Assembly: GCA_032718475.1 (NCBI GenBank)
Contig: JAUCBJ010002391.1
Coordinates: forward strand, 1-59,953
Direction: 5' to 3'
From: Nemertoderma westbladi
Lineage: Eukaryota > Animalia > Xenacoelomorpha
Length of the DNA stretch: 59,953 nucleotides
This document shows positions 32,501 to 46,729 of this stretch, piece by piece. How positions within the stretch are numbered: position 1 is the stretch's first letter; every line of letters starts with the position of its first letter. Below the pieces are notes generated by a model. The model was not told where the DNA came from. It worked only from the letters and a program-made list of their open reading frames with translations, and ran no database searches. The position numbers were made by a program, and so were the translations under genes.

Positions 32501-35500
32501 TTACCGGTGTTGCCATTGATTCATTATGCATACCGGTACTGTTTCCGGTGTTGCCATTGATTCATTATGCCTACTTGTACTGTTACCGGTGTTGCCATTG
32601 ATTCATTATGCATACCGGTACTGTTTCCGGTGTTGCCATTGATTCATTATGCCTACTTGTACTGTTTCCGGTGTTGCCATTGATTCATTATGCCTACTTG
32701 TACTGTTACCGGTGTTGTCATTGATTCATTATGCCTACCGGTAAAGTTTCCTGTGTTGCCATTGATTCATTATGCTTACCGGTACTGTTACCGGTGTTGC
32801 CATTGATTCACTATGCCTACCGGTACTGTTTCCGGTGTTGCCATTGATTCATTATGCCTACTTGTACTGTTACCGGTGTTGCCATTGATTCATTATGCCT
32901 ACTTGTACTGTTACCGGTGTTGCCATTGATTCATTATGCCTACTTGTACTGTTACCGGTGTTGCCATTGATTCATTATGCCTACTTGTACTGTTACCGGT
33001 GTTGCCATTGATTCATTATGCCTACCGGTAAAGTTTCCTGTGTTGCCATTGATTCATTATGCTTACCGGTACTGTTTCCGGTGTTGCCATTGATTCATTA
33101 TGCCTACTTGTACTGTTACCGGTGTTGCCATTGATTCATTATGCCTACTTGTACTGTTACCGGTGTTGCCATTGATTCATTATGCCTACTTGTACTGTTA
33201 CCGGTGTTGCCATTGATTCATTATGCCTACCGGTAAAGTTTCCTGTGTTGCCATTGATTCACTATGCCTACCGGTACTGTTTCCGGTGTTGCCATTGATT
33301 CATTATGCCTACTTGTACTGTTACCGGTGTTGCCATTGATTCATTATGCCTACTTGTACTGTTACCGGTGTTGCCATTGATTCATTATGCCTACTTGTAC
33401 TGTTACCGGTGTTGCCATTGATTCATTATGCCTACTTGTACTGTTACCGGTGTTGCCATTGATTCATTATGCCTACTTGTACTGTTACCGGTGTTGCCAT
33501 TGATTCATTATGCCTACCGGTAAAGTTTCCTGTGTTGCCATTGATTCATTATACATACCGGTACTGTTTCCGGTGTTGCCATTGATTCACTATGCCTACC
33601 GGTACTGTTTCCGGTGTTGCCATTGATTCATTATGCCTACTTGTACTGTTACCGGTGTTGTCATTGATTCATTATGCCTACTTGTACTGTTACCGGTGTT
33701 GCCATTGATTCATTATGCCTACTTGTACTGTTACCGGTGTTGCCATTGATTCATTATGCCTACCGGTAAAGTTTCCAGTGTTGCCATTGATTCATTATAC
33801 ATACCGGTACTGTTACCGGTGTTGCCATTGATTCATTATGCCTACTGGTACTGTTACCGGTGTTGCCATTGATTCATTGTGCATACCGGTACTGTTACCG
33901 GTGTTGCCATTGATTCATTATGCCTACCGGTACTGTTACCAGTGTTGCCATTGATTCATTATGCCTACTTGTACTGTTACCGGTGTTGCCATTGATTCAT
34001 TATGCCTACTTGTACTGTTACCGGTGTTGTCATTGATTCATTATGCCTACTTGTACTGTTACCGGTGTTGCCATTGATTCATTATGCCTACTTGTACTGT
34101 TACCGGTGTTGTCATTGATTCATTATGCCTACCGGTAAAGTTTCCTGTGTTGCCATTGATTCATTATGCTTACCGGTAAAGTTTCCAGTGTTGCCATTGA
34201 TTCATTATGCCTACCGGTACTGTTACCGGTGTTGCCATTGATTCATTATGCTTACCGGTAAAGTTTCCAGTGTTGCCATTGATTCATTATGCCTACCGGT
34301 ACTGTTACAGGTGTTGCCATTGATTCACTATGCCTACCGGTACTGTTTCCGGTGTTGCCATTGATTCATTATGCCTACTTGTACTGTTACCGGTGTTGTC
34401 ATTGATTCATTATGCCTACTTGTACTGTTACCGGTGTTGCCATTGATTCATTATGCCTACTTGTACTGTTACCGGTGTTGTCATTGATTCATTATGCCTA
34501 CCGGTAAAGTTTCCTGTGTTGCCATTGATTCATTATACATACCGGTACTGTTACCGGTGTTGCCATTGATTCATTATGCCTACCGGTACTGTTTCCGGTG
34601 TTGCCATTGATTCATTATACATACCGGTACTGTTACCGGTGTTGCCATTGATTCATTATGCTTACCGGTACTGTTACCGGTGTTGCCATTGATTCATTAT
34701 ACATACCGGTACTGTTTCCGGTGTTGCCATTGATTCATTATGCCTACCGGTAAAGTTTCCTGTGTTGCCATTGATTCATTATGCTTACCGGTACTGTTAC
34801 AGGTGTTGCCATTGATTCACTATGCCTACCGGTACTGTTTCCGGTGTTGCCATTGATTCATTATGCCTACTTGTACTGTTACCAGTGTTGCCATTGATTC
34901 ATTATGCCTACCGGTACTGTTACCGGTGTTGCCATTGATTCATTATGCCTACCGGTAAAGTTTCCTGTGTTGCCATTGATTCATTATGCTTACCGGTACT
35001 GTTACAGGTGTTGCCATTGATTCACTATGCCTACCGGTACTGTTTCCGGTGTTGCCATTGATTCATTATGCCTACTTGTACTGTTACCGGTGTTGTCATT
35101 GATTCATTATGCCTACCGGTAAAGTTTCCTGTGTTGCCATTGATTAATTATGCCTACCGGTAAAGTTTCCAGTGTTGCCATTGATTCATTATGCCTACCG
35201 GTACTGTTACCGGTGTTGCCATTGATTCATTATACATACCGGTACTGTTACCGGTGTTGCCATTAATTCATTATGCCTACCGGTACTGTTACCGGTGTTG
35301 CCATTGATTCATTATACATACCGGTACTGTTTCCGGTGTTGCCATTGATTCATTATGCCTACCGGTACTGTTACCGGTGTTGCCATTGATTCATTATGCC
35401 TACTTGTACTGTTTCCGGTGTTGCCATTGATTCATTATGCATACCGGTACTGTTTCCGGTGTTGTCATTGATTCATTATGCCTACCGGTAAAGTTTCCTG

Positions 35501-38500
35501 TGTTGCCATTGATTAATTATGCCTACCGGTAAAGTTTCCAGTGTTGCCATTGATTCATTATGCCTACCGGTACTGTTACCGGTGTTGCCATTGATTCATT
35601 ATACATACCGGTACTGTTACCGGTGTTGCCATTAATTCATTATGCCTACCGGTACTGTTACCGGTGTTGCCATTGATTCATTATACATACCGGTACTGTT
35701 TCCGGTGTTGCCATTGATTCATTATGCCTACCGGTACTGTTTCCGGTGTTGCCATTGATTCATTATGCCTACCGGTACTGTTACCGGTGTTGCCATTGAT
35801 TCATTATGCCTACTTGTACTGTTTCCGGTGTTGCCATTGATTCATTATGCATACCGGTACTGTTTCCGGTGTTGTCATTGATTCATTATGCCTACCGGTA
35901 AAGTTTCCTGTGTTGCCATTGATTAATTATGCCTACCGGTAAAGTTTCCAGTGTTGCCATTGATTCATTATGCCTACCGGTACTGTTACCGGTGTTGCCA
36001 TTGATTCATTATACATACCGGTACTGTTTCCGGTGTTGCCATTGATTCATTATGCCTACCGGTACTGTTACCGGTGTTGCCATTGATTCATTATGCCTAC
36101 CGGTACTGTTTCCTGTGTTGCCATTGATTCATTATGCTTACCGGTACTGTTACAGGTGTTGCTATTGATTCATTATGCCTACCGGTACTGTTTCCGGTGT
36201 TGCCATTGATTCATTATGCCTACCGGTACTGTTACCGGTGTTGCCATTGATTCATTATGCCTACCGGTAAAGTTTCCTGTGTTGCCATTGATTAATTATG
36301 CCTACCGGTAAAGTTTCCAGTGTTGCCATTGATTCATTATGCCTACCGGTACTGTTACCGGTGTTGCCATTGATTCATTATACATACCGGTACTGTTACC
36401 GGTGTTGCCATTAATTCATTATGCCTACCGGTACTGTTACCGGTGTTGCCATTGATTCATTATACATACCGGTACTGTTTCCGGTGTTGCCATTGATTCA
36501 TTATGCCTACCGGTACTGTTACCGGTGTTGCCATTGATTCATTATGCCTACTTGTACTGTTTCCGGTGTTGCCATTGATTCATTATGCATACCGGTACTG
36601 TTTCCGGTGTTGTCATTGATTCATTATGCCTACCGGTAAAGTTTCCTGTGTTGCCATTGATTAATTATGCCTACCGGTAAAGTTTCCAGTGTTGCCATTG
36701 ATTCATTATGCCTACCGGTACTGTTACCGGTGTTGCCATTGATTCATTATACATACCGGTACTGTTTCCGGTGTTGCCATTGATTCATTATGCCTACCGG
36801 TACTGTTACCGGTGTTGCCATTGATTCATTATGCATACCGGTACTGTTTCCGGTGTTGCCATTGATTCATTATGCATACCGGTACTGTTTCCGGTGTTGC
36901 CATTCAGCCATTGATTCATTATGCCTACCGGTAAAGTTTCCTGTGTTGCCATTGATTCATTATGCTTACCGGTACTGTTACCGGTGTTGCCATTGATTCA
37001 TTATGCCTACTTGTACTGTTTCCGGTGTTGCCATTGATTCATTATGCCTACCGGTACTGTTACCGGTGTTGCCATTGATTCATTATGCATACCGGTACTG
37101 TTTCCGGTGTTGCCATTGATTCATTATGCATACCGGTACTGTTTCCGGTGTTGCCATTGATTCATTATGCATACCGGTACTGTTTCCGGTGTTGCCATTG
37201 ATTCATTATGCCTACCGGTAAAGTTTCCTGTGTTGCCATTGATTCATTATGCCTACTTGTACTGTTTCCGGTGTTGCCATTGATTCATTATGCCTACCGG
37301 TACTGTTACCGGTGTGGCCATTGATTCATTATGCATACCGGTACTGTTTCCGGTGTTGCCATTGATTCATTATGCATACCGGTACTGTTTCCGGTGTTGC
37401 CATTGATTCATTATGCCTACCGGTAAAGTTTCCAGTGTTGCCATTGATTCATTATGCTTACCGGTACTGTTACAGGTGTTGCCATTGATTCACTATGCCT
37501 ACCGGTACTGTTACCGGTGTTGCCATTGATTCACTATGCCTACCGGTACTGTTTCCGGTGTTGCCATTGATTCATTATGCCTACCGGTACCTTTTCCGGT
37601 GTTGCCATTGATTCACTATGCCTACCGGTACCTTTTCCGGTGTTGCCATTGATTCATTATGCTTACCGGTACTGTTACAGGTGTTGCCATTGATTCACTA
37701 TGCCTACCGGTACTGTTTCCGGTGTTGCCATTGATTCATTATGCCTACTTGTACTGTTACCGGTGTTGTCATTGATTCATTATGCCTACCGGTAAAGTTT
37801 CCTGTGTTGCCATTGATTAATTATGCCTACCGGTAAAGTTTCCAGTGTTGCCATTGATTCATTATGCCTACCGGTACTGTTACCGGTGTTGCCATTGATT
37901 CATTATACATACCGGTACTGTTACCGGTGTTGCCATTAATTCATTATGCCTACCGGTACTGTTACCGGTGTTGCCATTGATTCATTATACATACCGGTAC
38001 TGTTTCCGGTGTTGCCATTGATTCATTATGCCTACCGGTACTGTTACCGGTGTTGCCATTGATTCATTATGCCTACTTGTACTGTTTCCGGTGTTGCCAT
38101 TGATTCATTATGCATACCGGTACTGTTTCCGGTGTTGTCATTGATTCATTATGCCTACCGGTAAAGTTTCCTGTGTTGCCATTGATTAATTATGCCTACC
38201 GGTAAAGTTTCCAGTGTTGCCATTGATTCATTATGCCTACCGGTACTGTTACCGGTGTTGCCATTGATTCATTATACATACCGGTACTGTTTCCGGTGTT
38301 GCCATTGATTCATTATGCCTACCGGTACTGTTACCGGTGTTGCCATTGATTCATTATGCATACCGGTACTGTTTCCGGTGTTGCCATTGATTCATTATGC
38401 ATACCGGTACTGTTTCCGGTGTTGCCATTGATTCATTATGCCTACCGGTAAAGTTTCCTGTGTTGCCATTGATTCATTATGCTTACCGGTACTGTTACCG

Positions 38501-41500
38501 GTGTTGCCATTGATTCATTATACATACCGGTACTGTTTCCGGTGTTGCCATTGATTCATTATGCCTACCGGTACTGTTACCGGTGTTGCCATTGATTCAT
38601 TATGCCTACCGGTACTGTTACCGGTGTTGCCATTGATTCATTATGCCTACCGGTACTGTTACCGGTGTTGCCATTGATTCATTATACATACCGGTACTGT
38701 TACCGGTGTTGCCATTGATTCATTATGCCTACCGGTACTGTTACCGGTGTTGCCATTGATTCATTATACATACCGGTACTGTTACCGGTGTTGCCATTGA
38801 TTCATTGTGCCTACCGGTACTGTTACCGGTGTTGCCATTGATTCATTATACATACCGGTACTGTTTCCGGTGTTGCCATTGATTCATTATGCCTACTTGT
38901 ACTGTTACCGGTGTTGCCATTGATTCATTATGCATACCGGTACTGTTTCCGGTGTTGCCATTGATTCATTATGCATACCGGTAAAGTTTCCTGTGTTGCC
39001 ATTGATTCATTATGCATACCGGTACTGTTTCCGGTGTTGCCATTGATTCATTATGCCTACCGGTAAAGTTTCCAGTGTTGCCATTGATTCATTATGCTTA
39101 CCGGTACTGTTACCGGTGTTGCCATTGATTCACTATGCCTACCGGTACTGTTACCGGTGTTGCCATTGATTCATTATGCATACCGGTAAAGTTTCCTGTG
39201 TTGCCATTGATTCATTATGCCTACCGGTACTGTTGCCGGTGTTGCCATTGATTCATTATGCCTACCGGTACTGTTACCGGTGTTGCCATTGATTCATTAT
39301 GCTTACCGGTACTGTTACCGGTGTTGCCATTGATTCATTATGCCTACTTGTACTGTTACCGGTGTTGCCATTGATTCATTATGCATACCGGTACTGTTAC
39401 CGGTGTTGCCATTGATTCATTATGCCTACTTGTACTGTTACCGGTGTTGCCATTGATTCATTATGCATACCGGTACTGTTTCCGGTGTTGCCATTGATTC
39501 ATTATGCATACCGGTAAAGTTTCCAGTGTTGCCATTGATTCATTATGCCTACTTGTACTGTTACCGGTGTTGCCATTGATTCATTATGCTTACCGGTACT
39601 GTTACCGGTGTTGCCATTGATTCATTATGCCTACTTGTACTGTTACCGGTGTTGCCATTGATTCATTATGCATACCGGTACTGTTTCCGGTGTTGCCATT
39701 GATTCATTATGCATACCGGTAAAGTTTCCTGTGTTGCCATTGATTCATTATGCATACCGGTACTGTTTCCGGTGTTGCCATTGATTCATTATGCCTACCG
39801 GTAAAGTTTCCAGTGTTGCCATTGATTCATTATGCTTACCGGTACTGTTACCGGTGTTGCCATTGATTCACTATGCCTACCGGTACTGTTACCGGTGTTG
39901 CCATTGATTCATTATGCATACCGGTAAAGTTTCCTGTGTTGCCATTGATTCATTATGCCTACCGGTACTGTTTCCGGTGTTGCCATTGATTCATTATACA
40001 TACCGGTACTGTTTCCGGTGTTGCCATTGATTCATTATGCCTACCGGTACTGTTACCGGTGTTGCCATTGATTCATTATGCCTACTTGTACTGTTACCGG
40101 TGTTGCCATTGATTCATTATGCATACCGGTACTGTTTCCGGTGTTGCCATTGATTCATTATGCATACCGGTAAAGTTTCCTGTGTTGCCATTGATTAATT
40201 ATGCCTACCGGTAAAGTTTCCAGTGTTGCCATTGATTCATTATGCTTACCGGTACTGTTACCGGTGTTGCCATTGATTCATTATGCCTACTTGTACTGTT
40301 ACCGGTGTTGCCATTGATTCATTATGCATACCGGTACTGTTTCCGGTGTTGCCATTGATTCATTATGCATACCGGTACTGTTTCCGGTGTTGCCATTGAT
40401 TCATTATGCCTACCGGTAAAGTTTCCTGTGTTGCCATTGATTCATTATGCCTACCGGTAAAGTTTCCAGTGTTGCCATTGATTCATTATGCTTACCGGTA
40501 CTGTTACCGGTGTTGCCATTGATTCACTATGCCTACCGGTACTGTTACCGGTGTTGCCATTGATTCATTATGCCTACCGGTAAAGTTTCCTGTGTTGCCA
40601 TTGATTCATTATGCCTACCGGTAAAGTTTCCTGTGTTGCCATTGATTCATTATGCTTACCGGTACTGTTTCCGGTGTTGCCATTGATTCATTATGCTTAC
40701 CGGTACTGTTACCGGTGTTGCCATTGATTCATTATACATACCGGTACTGTTTCCGGTGTTGCCATTGATTCATTATGCCTACCGGTACTGTTACCGGTGT
40801 TGCCATTGATTCATTATGCCTACTTGTACTGTTTCCGGTGTTGCCATTGATTCATTATGCATACCGGTACTGTTTCCGGTGTTGTCATTGATTCATTATG
40901 CCTACCGGTAAAGTTTCCTGTGTTGCCATTGATTAATTATGCCTACCGGTAAAGTTTCCAGTGTTGCCATTGATTCATTATGCCTACCGGTACTGTTACC
41001 GGTGTTGCCATTGATTCATTATACATACCGGTACTGTTTCCGGTGTTGCCATTGATTCATTATGCCTACCGGTACTGTTACCGGTGTTGCCATTGATTCA
41101 TTATGCATACCGGTACTGTTTCCGGTGTTGCCATTGATTCATTATGCATACCGGTACTGTTTCCGGTGTTGCCATTGATTCATTATGCCTACCGGTAAAG
41201 TTTCCTGTGTTGCCATTGATTCATTATGCTTACCGGTACTGTTACCGGTGTTGCCATTGATTCATTATACATACCGGTACTGTTTCCGGTGTTGCCATTG
41301 ATTCATTATGCCTACCGGTACTGTTACCGGTGTTGCCATTGATTCATTATGCCTACCGGTACTGTTACCGGTGTTGCCATTGATTCATTATGCCTACCGG
41401 TACTGTTACCGGTGTTGCCATTGATTCATTATACATACCGGTACTGTTACCGGTGTTGCCATTGATTCATTATGCCTACCGGTACTGTTACCGGTGTTGC

Positions 41501-44003
41501 CATTGATTCATTATACATACCGGTACTGTTACCGGTGTTGCCATTGATTCATTGTGCCTACCGGTACTGTTACCGGTGTTGCCATTGATTCATTATACAT
41601 ACCGGTACTGTTTCCGGTGTTGCCATTGATTCATTATGCCTACTTGTACTGTTACCGGTGTTGCCATTGATTCATTATGCATACCGGTACTGTTTCCGGT
41701 GTTGCCATTGATTCATTATGCATACCGGTAAAGTTTCCTGTGTTGCCATTGATTCATTATGCATACCGGTACTGTTTCCGGTGTTGCCATTGATTCATTA
41801 TGCCTACCGGTAAAGTTTCCAGTGTTGCCATTGATTCATTATGCTTACCGGTACTGTTACCGGTGTTGCCATTGATTCACTATGCCTACCGGTACTGTTA
41901 CCGGTGTTGCCATTGATTCATTATGCATACCGGTAAAGTTTCCTGTGTTGCCATTGATTCATTATGCCTACCGGTACTGTTGCCGGTGTTGCCATTGATT
42001 CATTATGCCTACCGGTACTGTTACCGGTGTTGCCATTGATTCATTATGCTTACCGGTACTGTTACCGGTGTTGCCATTGATTCATTATGCCTACTTGTAC
42101 TGTTACCGGTGTTGCCATTGATTCATTATGCATACCGGTACTGTTACCGGTGTTGCCATTGATTCATTATGCCTACTTGTACTGTTACCGGTGTTGCCAT
42201 TGATTCATTATGCATACCGGTACTGTTTCCGGTGTTGCCATTGATTCATTATGCATACCGGTAAAGTTTCCAGTGTTGCCATTGATTCATTATGCCTACT
42301 TGTACTGTTACCGGTGTTGCCATTGATTCATTATGCTTACCGGTACTGTTACCGGTGTTGCCATTGATTCATTATGCCTACTTGTACTGTTACCGGTGTT
42401 GCCATTGATTCATTATGCATACCGGTACTGTTTCCGGTGTTGCCATTGATTCATTATGCATACCGGTAAAGTTTCCTGTGTTGCCATTGATTCATTATGC
42501 ATACCGGTACTGTTTCCGGTGTTGCCATTGATTCATTATGCCTACCGGTAAAGTTTCCAGTGTTGCCATTGATTCATTATGCTTACCGGTACTGTTACCG
42601 GTGTTGCCATTGATTCACTATGCCTACCGGTACTGTTACCGGTGTTGCCATTGATTCATTATGCATACCGGTAAAGTTTCCTGTGTTGCCATTGATTCAT
42701 TATGCCTACCGGTACTGTTTCCGGTGTTGCCATTGATTCATTATACATACCGGTACTGTTTCCGGTGTTGCCATTGATTCATTATGCCTACCGGTACTGT
42801 TACCGGTGTTGCCATTGATTCATTATGCCTACTTGTACTGTTACCGGTGTTGCCATTGATTCATTATGCATACCGGTACTGTTTCCGGTGTTGCCATTGA
42901 TTCATTATGCATACCGGTAAAGTTTCCTGTGTTGCCATTGATTAATTATGCCTACCGGTAAAGTTTCCAGTGTTGCCATTGATTCATTATGCTTACCGGT
43001 ACTGTTACCGGTGTTGCCATTGATTCATTATGCCTACTTGTACTGTTACCGGTGTTGCCATTGATTCATTATGCATACCGGTACTGTTTCCGGTGTTGCC
43101 ATTGATTCATTATGCATACCGGTACTGTTTCCGGTGTTGCCATTGATTCATTATGCCTACCGGTAAAGTTTCCTGTGTTGCCATTGATTCATTATGCCTA
43201 CCGGTAAAGTTTCCAGTGTTGCCATTGATTCATTATGCTTACCGGTACTGTTACCGGTGTTGCCATTGATTCACTATGCCTACCGGTACTGTTACCGGTG
43301 TTGCCATTGATTCATTATGCCTACCGGTAAAGTTTCCTGTGTTGCCATTGATTCATTATGCCTACCGGTAAAGTTTCCTGTGTTGCCATTGATTCATTAT
43401 GCTTACCGGTACTGTTTCCGGTGTTGCCATTGATTCATTATGCTTACCGGTACTGTTACCGGTGTTGCCATTGATTCATTATGCCTACCGGTACTGTTAC
43501 CGGTGTTGCCATTGATTCACTATGCCTACCGGTACTGTTACCGGTGTTGCCATTGATTCACTATGCCTACCGGTACTGTTACCGGTGTTGCCATTGATTC
43601 ATTATGCCTACCGGTACTGTTACCGGTGTTGCCATTGATTCACTATGCCTACCGGTACTGTTACCGGTGTTGCCATTGATTCACTATGCCTACCGGTACT
43701 GTTTCCGGTGTTGCCATTGATTCATTATGCCTACCGGTACTGTTACCGGTGTTGCCATTGATTCATTATGCCTACCGGTACTGTTACCGGTGTTGCCATT
43801 GATTCATTATGCCTACCGGTACTGTTACCGGTGTTGCCATTGATTCATTATGCCTACCGGTACTGTTTCCGGTGTTGCCATTGATTCATTATGCCTACCG
43901 GTACTGTTACCGGTGTTGCCATTGATTCATTATGCCTACCGGTACTGTTACCGGTGTTGCCATTGATTCATTATACATACCGGTACTGTTACCGGTGTTG
44001 CCA
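29515..44003. repeat. Intronic satellite, 41 bp unit (CCATTGATTCATTATGCCTACCGGTACTGTTACCGGTGTTG), ~350 copies, ~14.5 kb
   Basis: Directly visible, with a small set of recurrent variants (TACTTGTA, GTAAAGTTTCC, TATACATA, CACTATG). Confidence 0.98.
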
Positions 44004-44094
44004 TACAACATTACAAATAGGCCTATAAATCTTCAGCCCATTTATTATGTTTCATTCGCATACTATTTAGTTTCGTTATTATATTGTTTCCTAG

Positions 44095-44250
44095 GTTACG
44101 TTTCTGGCTTCGCATGCGATATGCCGCCCTGGTGATTAGCCCATGGCAACCTAAAGCTAAACGACCATACAAGTATTGGAGGAACTCGTTTATCTTTATG
44201 TTCGGAGTCTATTGTTTCATGTGGTACCACGACCAACCTCTAGTCGACAA
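44095..44250 (+). CDS. Exon 2 of the NDUFB6-like gene (contains the hydrophobic segment)
   Basis: Acceptor TTGTTTCCTAG|G and donor AA|GTTAGT; phase 2/2. Reads LRFWLRMRYAALVISPWQPKAKRPYKYWRNSFIFMFGVYCFMWYHDQPLVDK. Confidence 0.8.
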
Positions 44251-46033
44251 GTTAGTAGCTAATATTATTTGTTTTTATTATGTCAACTTATCAGAGTTCT
44301 GTCATCTACATCTATAGGTAGGGACGTTGCTAATAATTGATCAGTAACTTAGTAACGATAAACTTCTAGAACACGCGAGTATTCCATAATTGGACTAGCG
44401 TGGATGATATCCATTTGAGTTGGGGGGGGGGGGGGATTAACTGCGGAATCCCATGTTAAATCACTTAAATGTTAAATTGTAAATTAATAGAAAGAAGCAG
44501 GTTACAGTGGCACGTTATTCTAACCAAAACAATAAACTAAAGTCAACACTAAGGTTAATTCCTCGACTCAATACTAAATTATCAATTTAGGGAAAGGAAC
44601 AGGTTATAGTGGTACGTAATTCTAACCAAAACAATCAAATCAATAGAGCATGTTACCGTAATATTTTTTGGAGTAATCATCTGTTATTTGCATCTATTTT
44701 TATCCGGAGAGGGATAGATTTTGATTGCGTCGTGGTCGTAGTAACTGAAGTAAGTGCATTATATGGATGAATTTCATTACTATTCCTAAACATTACGGTA
44801 CAATATTAAAGCTAATAGCTAAGAATTCAGCCGAAAGTTTTAATTATGTTACAAAATTACCTACACTATTGTTTGAAAAGGCCACTCCAGCGTTTACAGA
44901 CCGCGTATATCTATATAGAGAGCTCCCTCGCTGCGATTGCTCGGCACATTATTAAATACATTCGGGTCGTAACGCTGAAAAATGCTGCTTTTCCTACAAT
45001 GGTAAATTGTTGCTGCAGATAAAAGGTTGTTGAGATTTACTTTACATAAATCTCTGTAATTATTTCTTGCTAATTAATTAATTGGTATCTCGTGTGTAAG
45101 CTCATCTTCAAACTTAGATAACGAAATGTAATCAACATTTACCGATACTCGGTATATATAAGAAATAAATAAATAAATTGTTGTATTTGTTATCCGCATC
45201 CGTTTCCTTAGAATTTCACTTCCTATGGATTCTTTCACAGTCAGCTATACGAGTTAATACCGGTAGAAGTTGGATGTAGGTGTCTGATAGTACCAGTCAG
45301 TTTGCATAAATACAAGGAATTACGGTTACAGGCTGATGATACGGATATATTGTACAGCTGTATAAGCGAAGCACACAGTGCAGCAGAGCCAGCCGTTTTG
45401 GGGAAAATGTGCCAAAGGGTTGAAGGTCAAAATCTTTACCTTTGTGTTAACTAATGTTTATTGTAGGAATAAATTATAGTCCCAAAAGTTAAGATAAAAC
45501 TTGGTGCACACTGCACAATCACAGTAGGTAATCTTATAAAATACTTCAATAAGGCTTGAAGTTTCAAGTTTGAATAAGGGTTGATAGTTTCATATTAAAT
45601 TAGATTAGCTGTCTTGGCTGTTACCTGTAGGGCGGGAGGGAGCAATATTTACTACAAGGTTGAAACTATCCCCATCCCTACTATCCCTATCCCCCATAAC
45701 CATTTTTATTTAGTAATGCTTTTATATAACTTGATTTTAAATAATATACAGATAGGGGGGACTTTCGACGCAATAAAATGTCATCCTTCTCCAGGGGAAA
45801 TTCGAAGCAAATAACAGCTGATTATTCCCAAAAATAAAACTATAACATGTTCTATTGAGTTTAGTTTATTGTTTTGGTTAAAATAACTGCCACTGTAACC
45901 TGCTCCTTTCCCTAAATTGAGAATTTAACATTGAGGCGGGATATTTATTCGCCGAGATGGGAAGTCAGTCGAAGTGAATAAATATAAATTCATCAATTAT
46001 TTCAGTAGTTCAACCAACATGTTTGTTTTACAG

Positions 46034-46208
46034 ACCCAAATCGACGTCAGCTGTGAACCCCAAGCTGCACAAAGCGAGGTCGCAGTACTTCCCGGATGAA
46101 ACGGATAAAATACCGCCGGAGGTCTACAAGATGCAGACCTTGGAGCGGGAGGAGTACAGGACGTATCTCCGCGAGATGTACAGGAAGAACTCCGGCAAGG
46201 AGTTATAG
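46034..46208 (+). CDS. Exon 3 (terminal) of the NDUFB6-like gene
   Basis: Acceptor TTTGTTTTACAG|A, phase 2. Reads PKSTSAVNPKLHKARSQYFPDETDKIPPEVY...SGKEL-TAG with GC3-rich codons. Total CDS 122+156+175=453 nt. Confidence 0.82.
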
Positions 46209-46449
46209 ACTCAATAATCTATAGTTCCGAACTGTTCTAGTTTATTTTATTAGTAAAGAATCACAAATATTGAATAGCCTCGGGTTTTTATAGAAGATTT
46301 ACACATAGTTGTTTGTGGTCCGGTAGGTAGGTAGGTCTGGAAAGCTACAGCAGAGACACATTTACTGGGCCGCTACAGTCTCTAACAATGAACCGTAATA
46401 TATGGCCAGTGTGGCGCTGCGATGGAATCCGTTGCAAATATTGAAATCA

Positions 46450-46729
46450 GAGTTTCCTTTGTTTGGTATTATAAAGCCTTGGAGTTTCCTTTGTTTGGTA
46501 TTATAAAGCCTTGGAGTTTCCTTTGTTTGGTATTATAAATCCTTGGAGTTTCCTTTGTTTGGTATTATAAAGCCTTGGAGTTTCCTTTGTTTGGTATTAT
46601 AAAGCCTTGGAGTTTCCTTTGTTTGGTATTATAAAGCCTTGGAGTTTCCTTTGTTTGGTATTATAAAGCCTTGGAGTTTCCTTTGTTTGGTATTATAAAG
46701 CCTTGGAGTTTCCTTTGTTTGGTATTATA
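46450..46729. repeat. Minisatellite, 32 bp unit (GAGTTTCCTTTGTTTGGTATTATAAAGCCTTG), ~9 copies
   Basis: Near-perfect copies, ~240 bp downstream of the stop codon of the NDUFB6-like gene. Confidence 0.97.

Noticed and set aside
29282-44135. Short ORFs in the 41-bp array
   Set aside because: Repeat translations within an intron.
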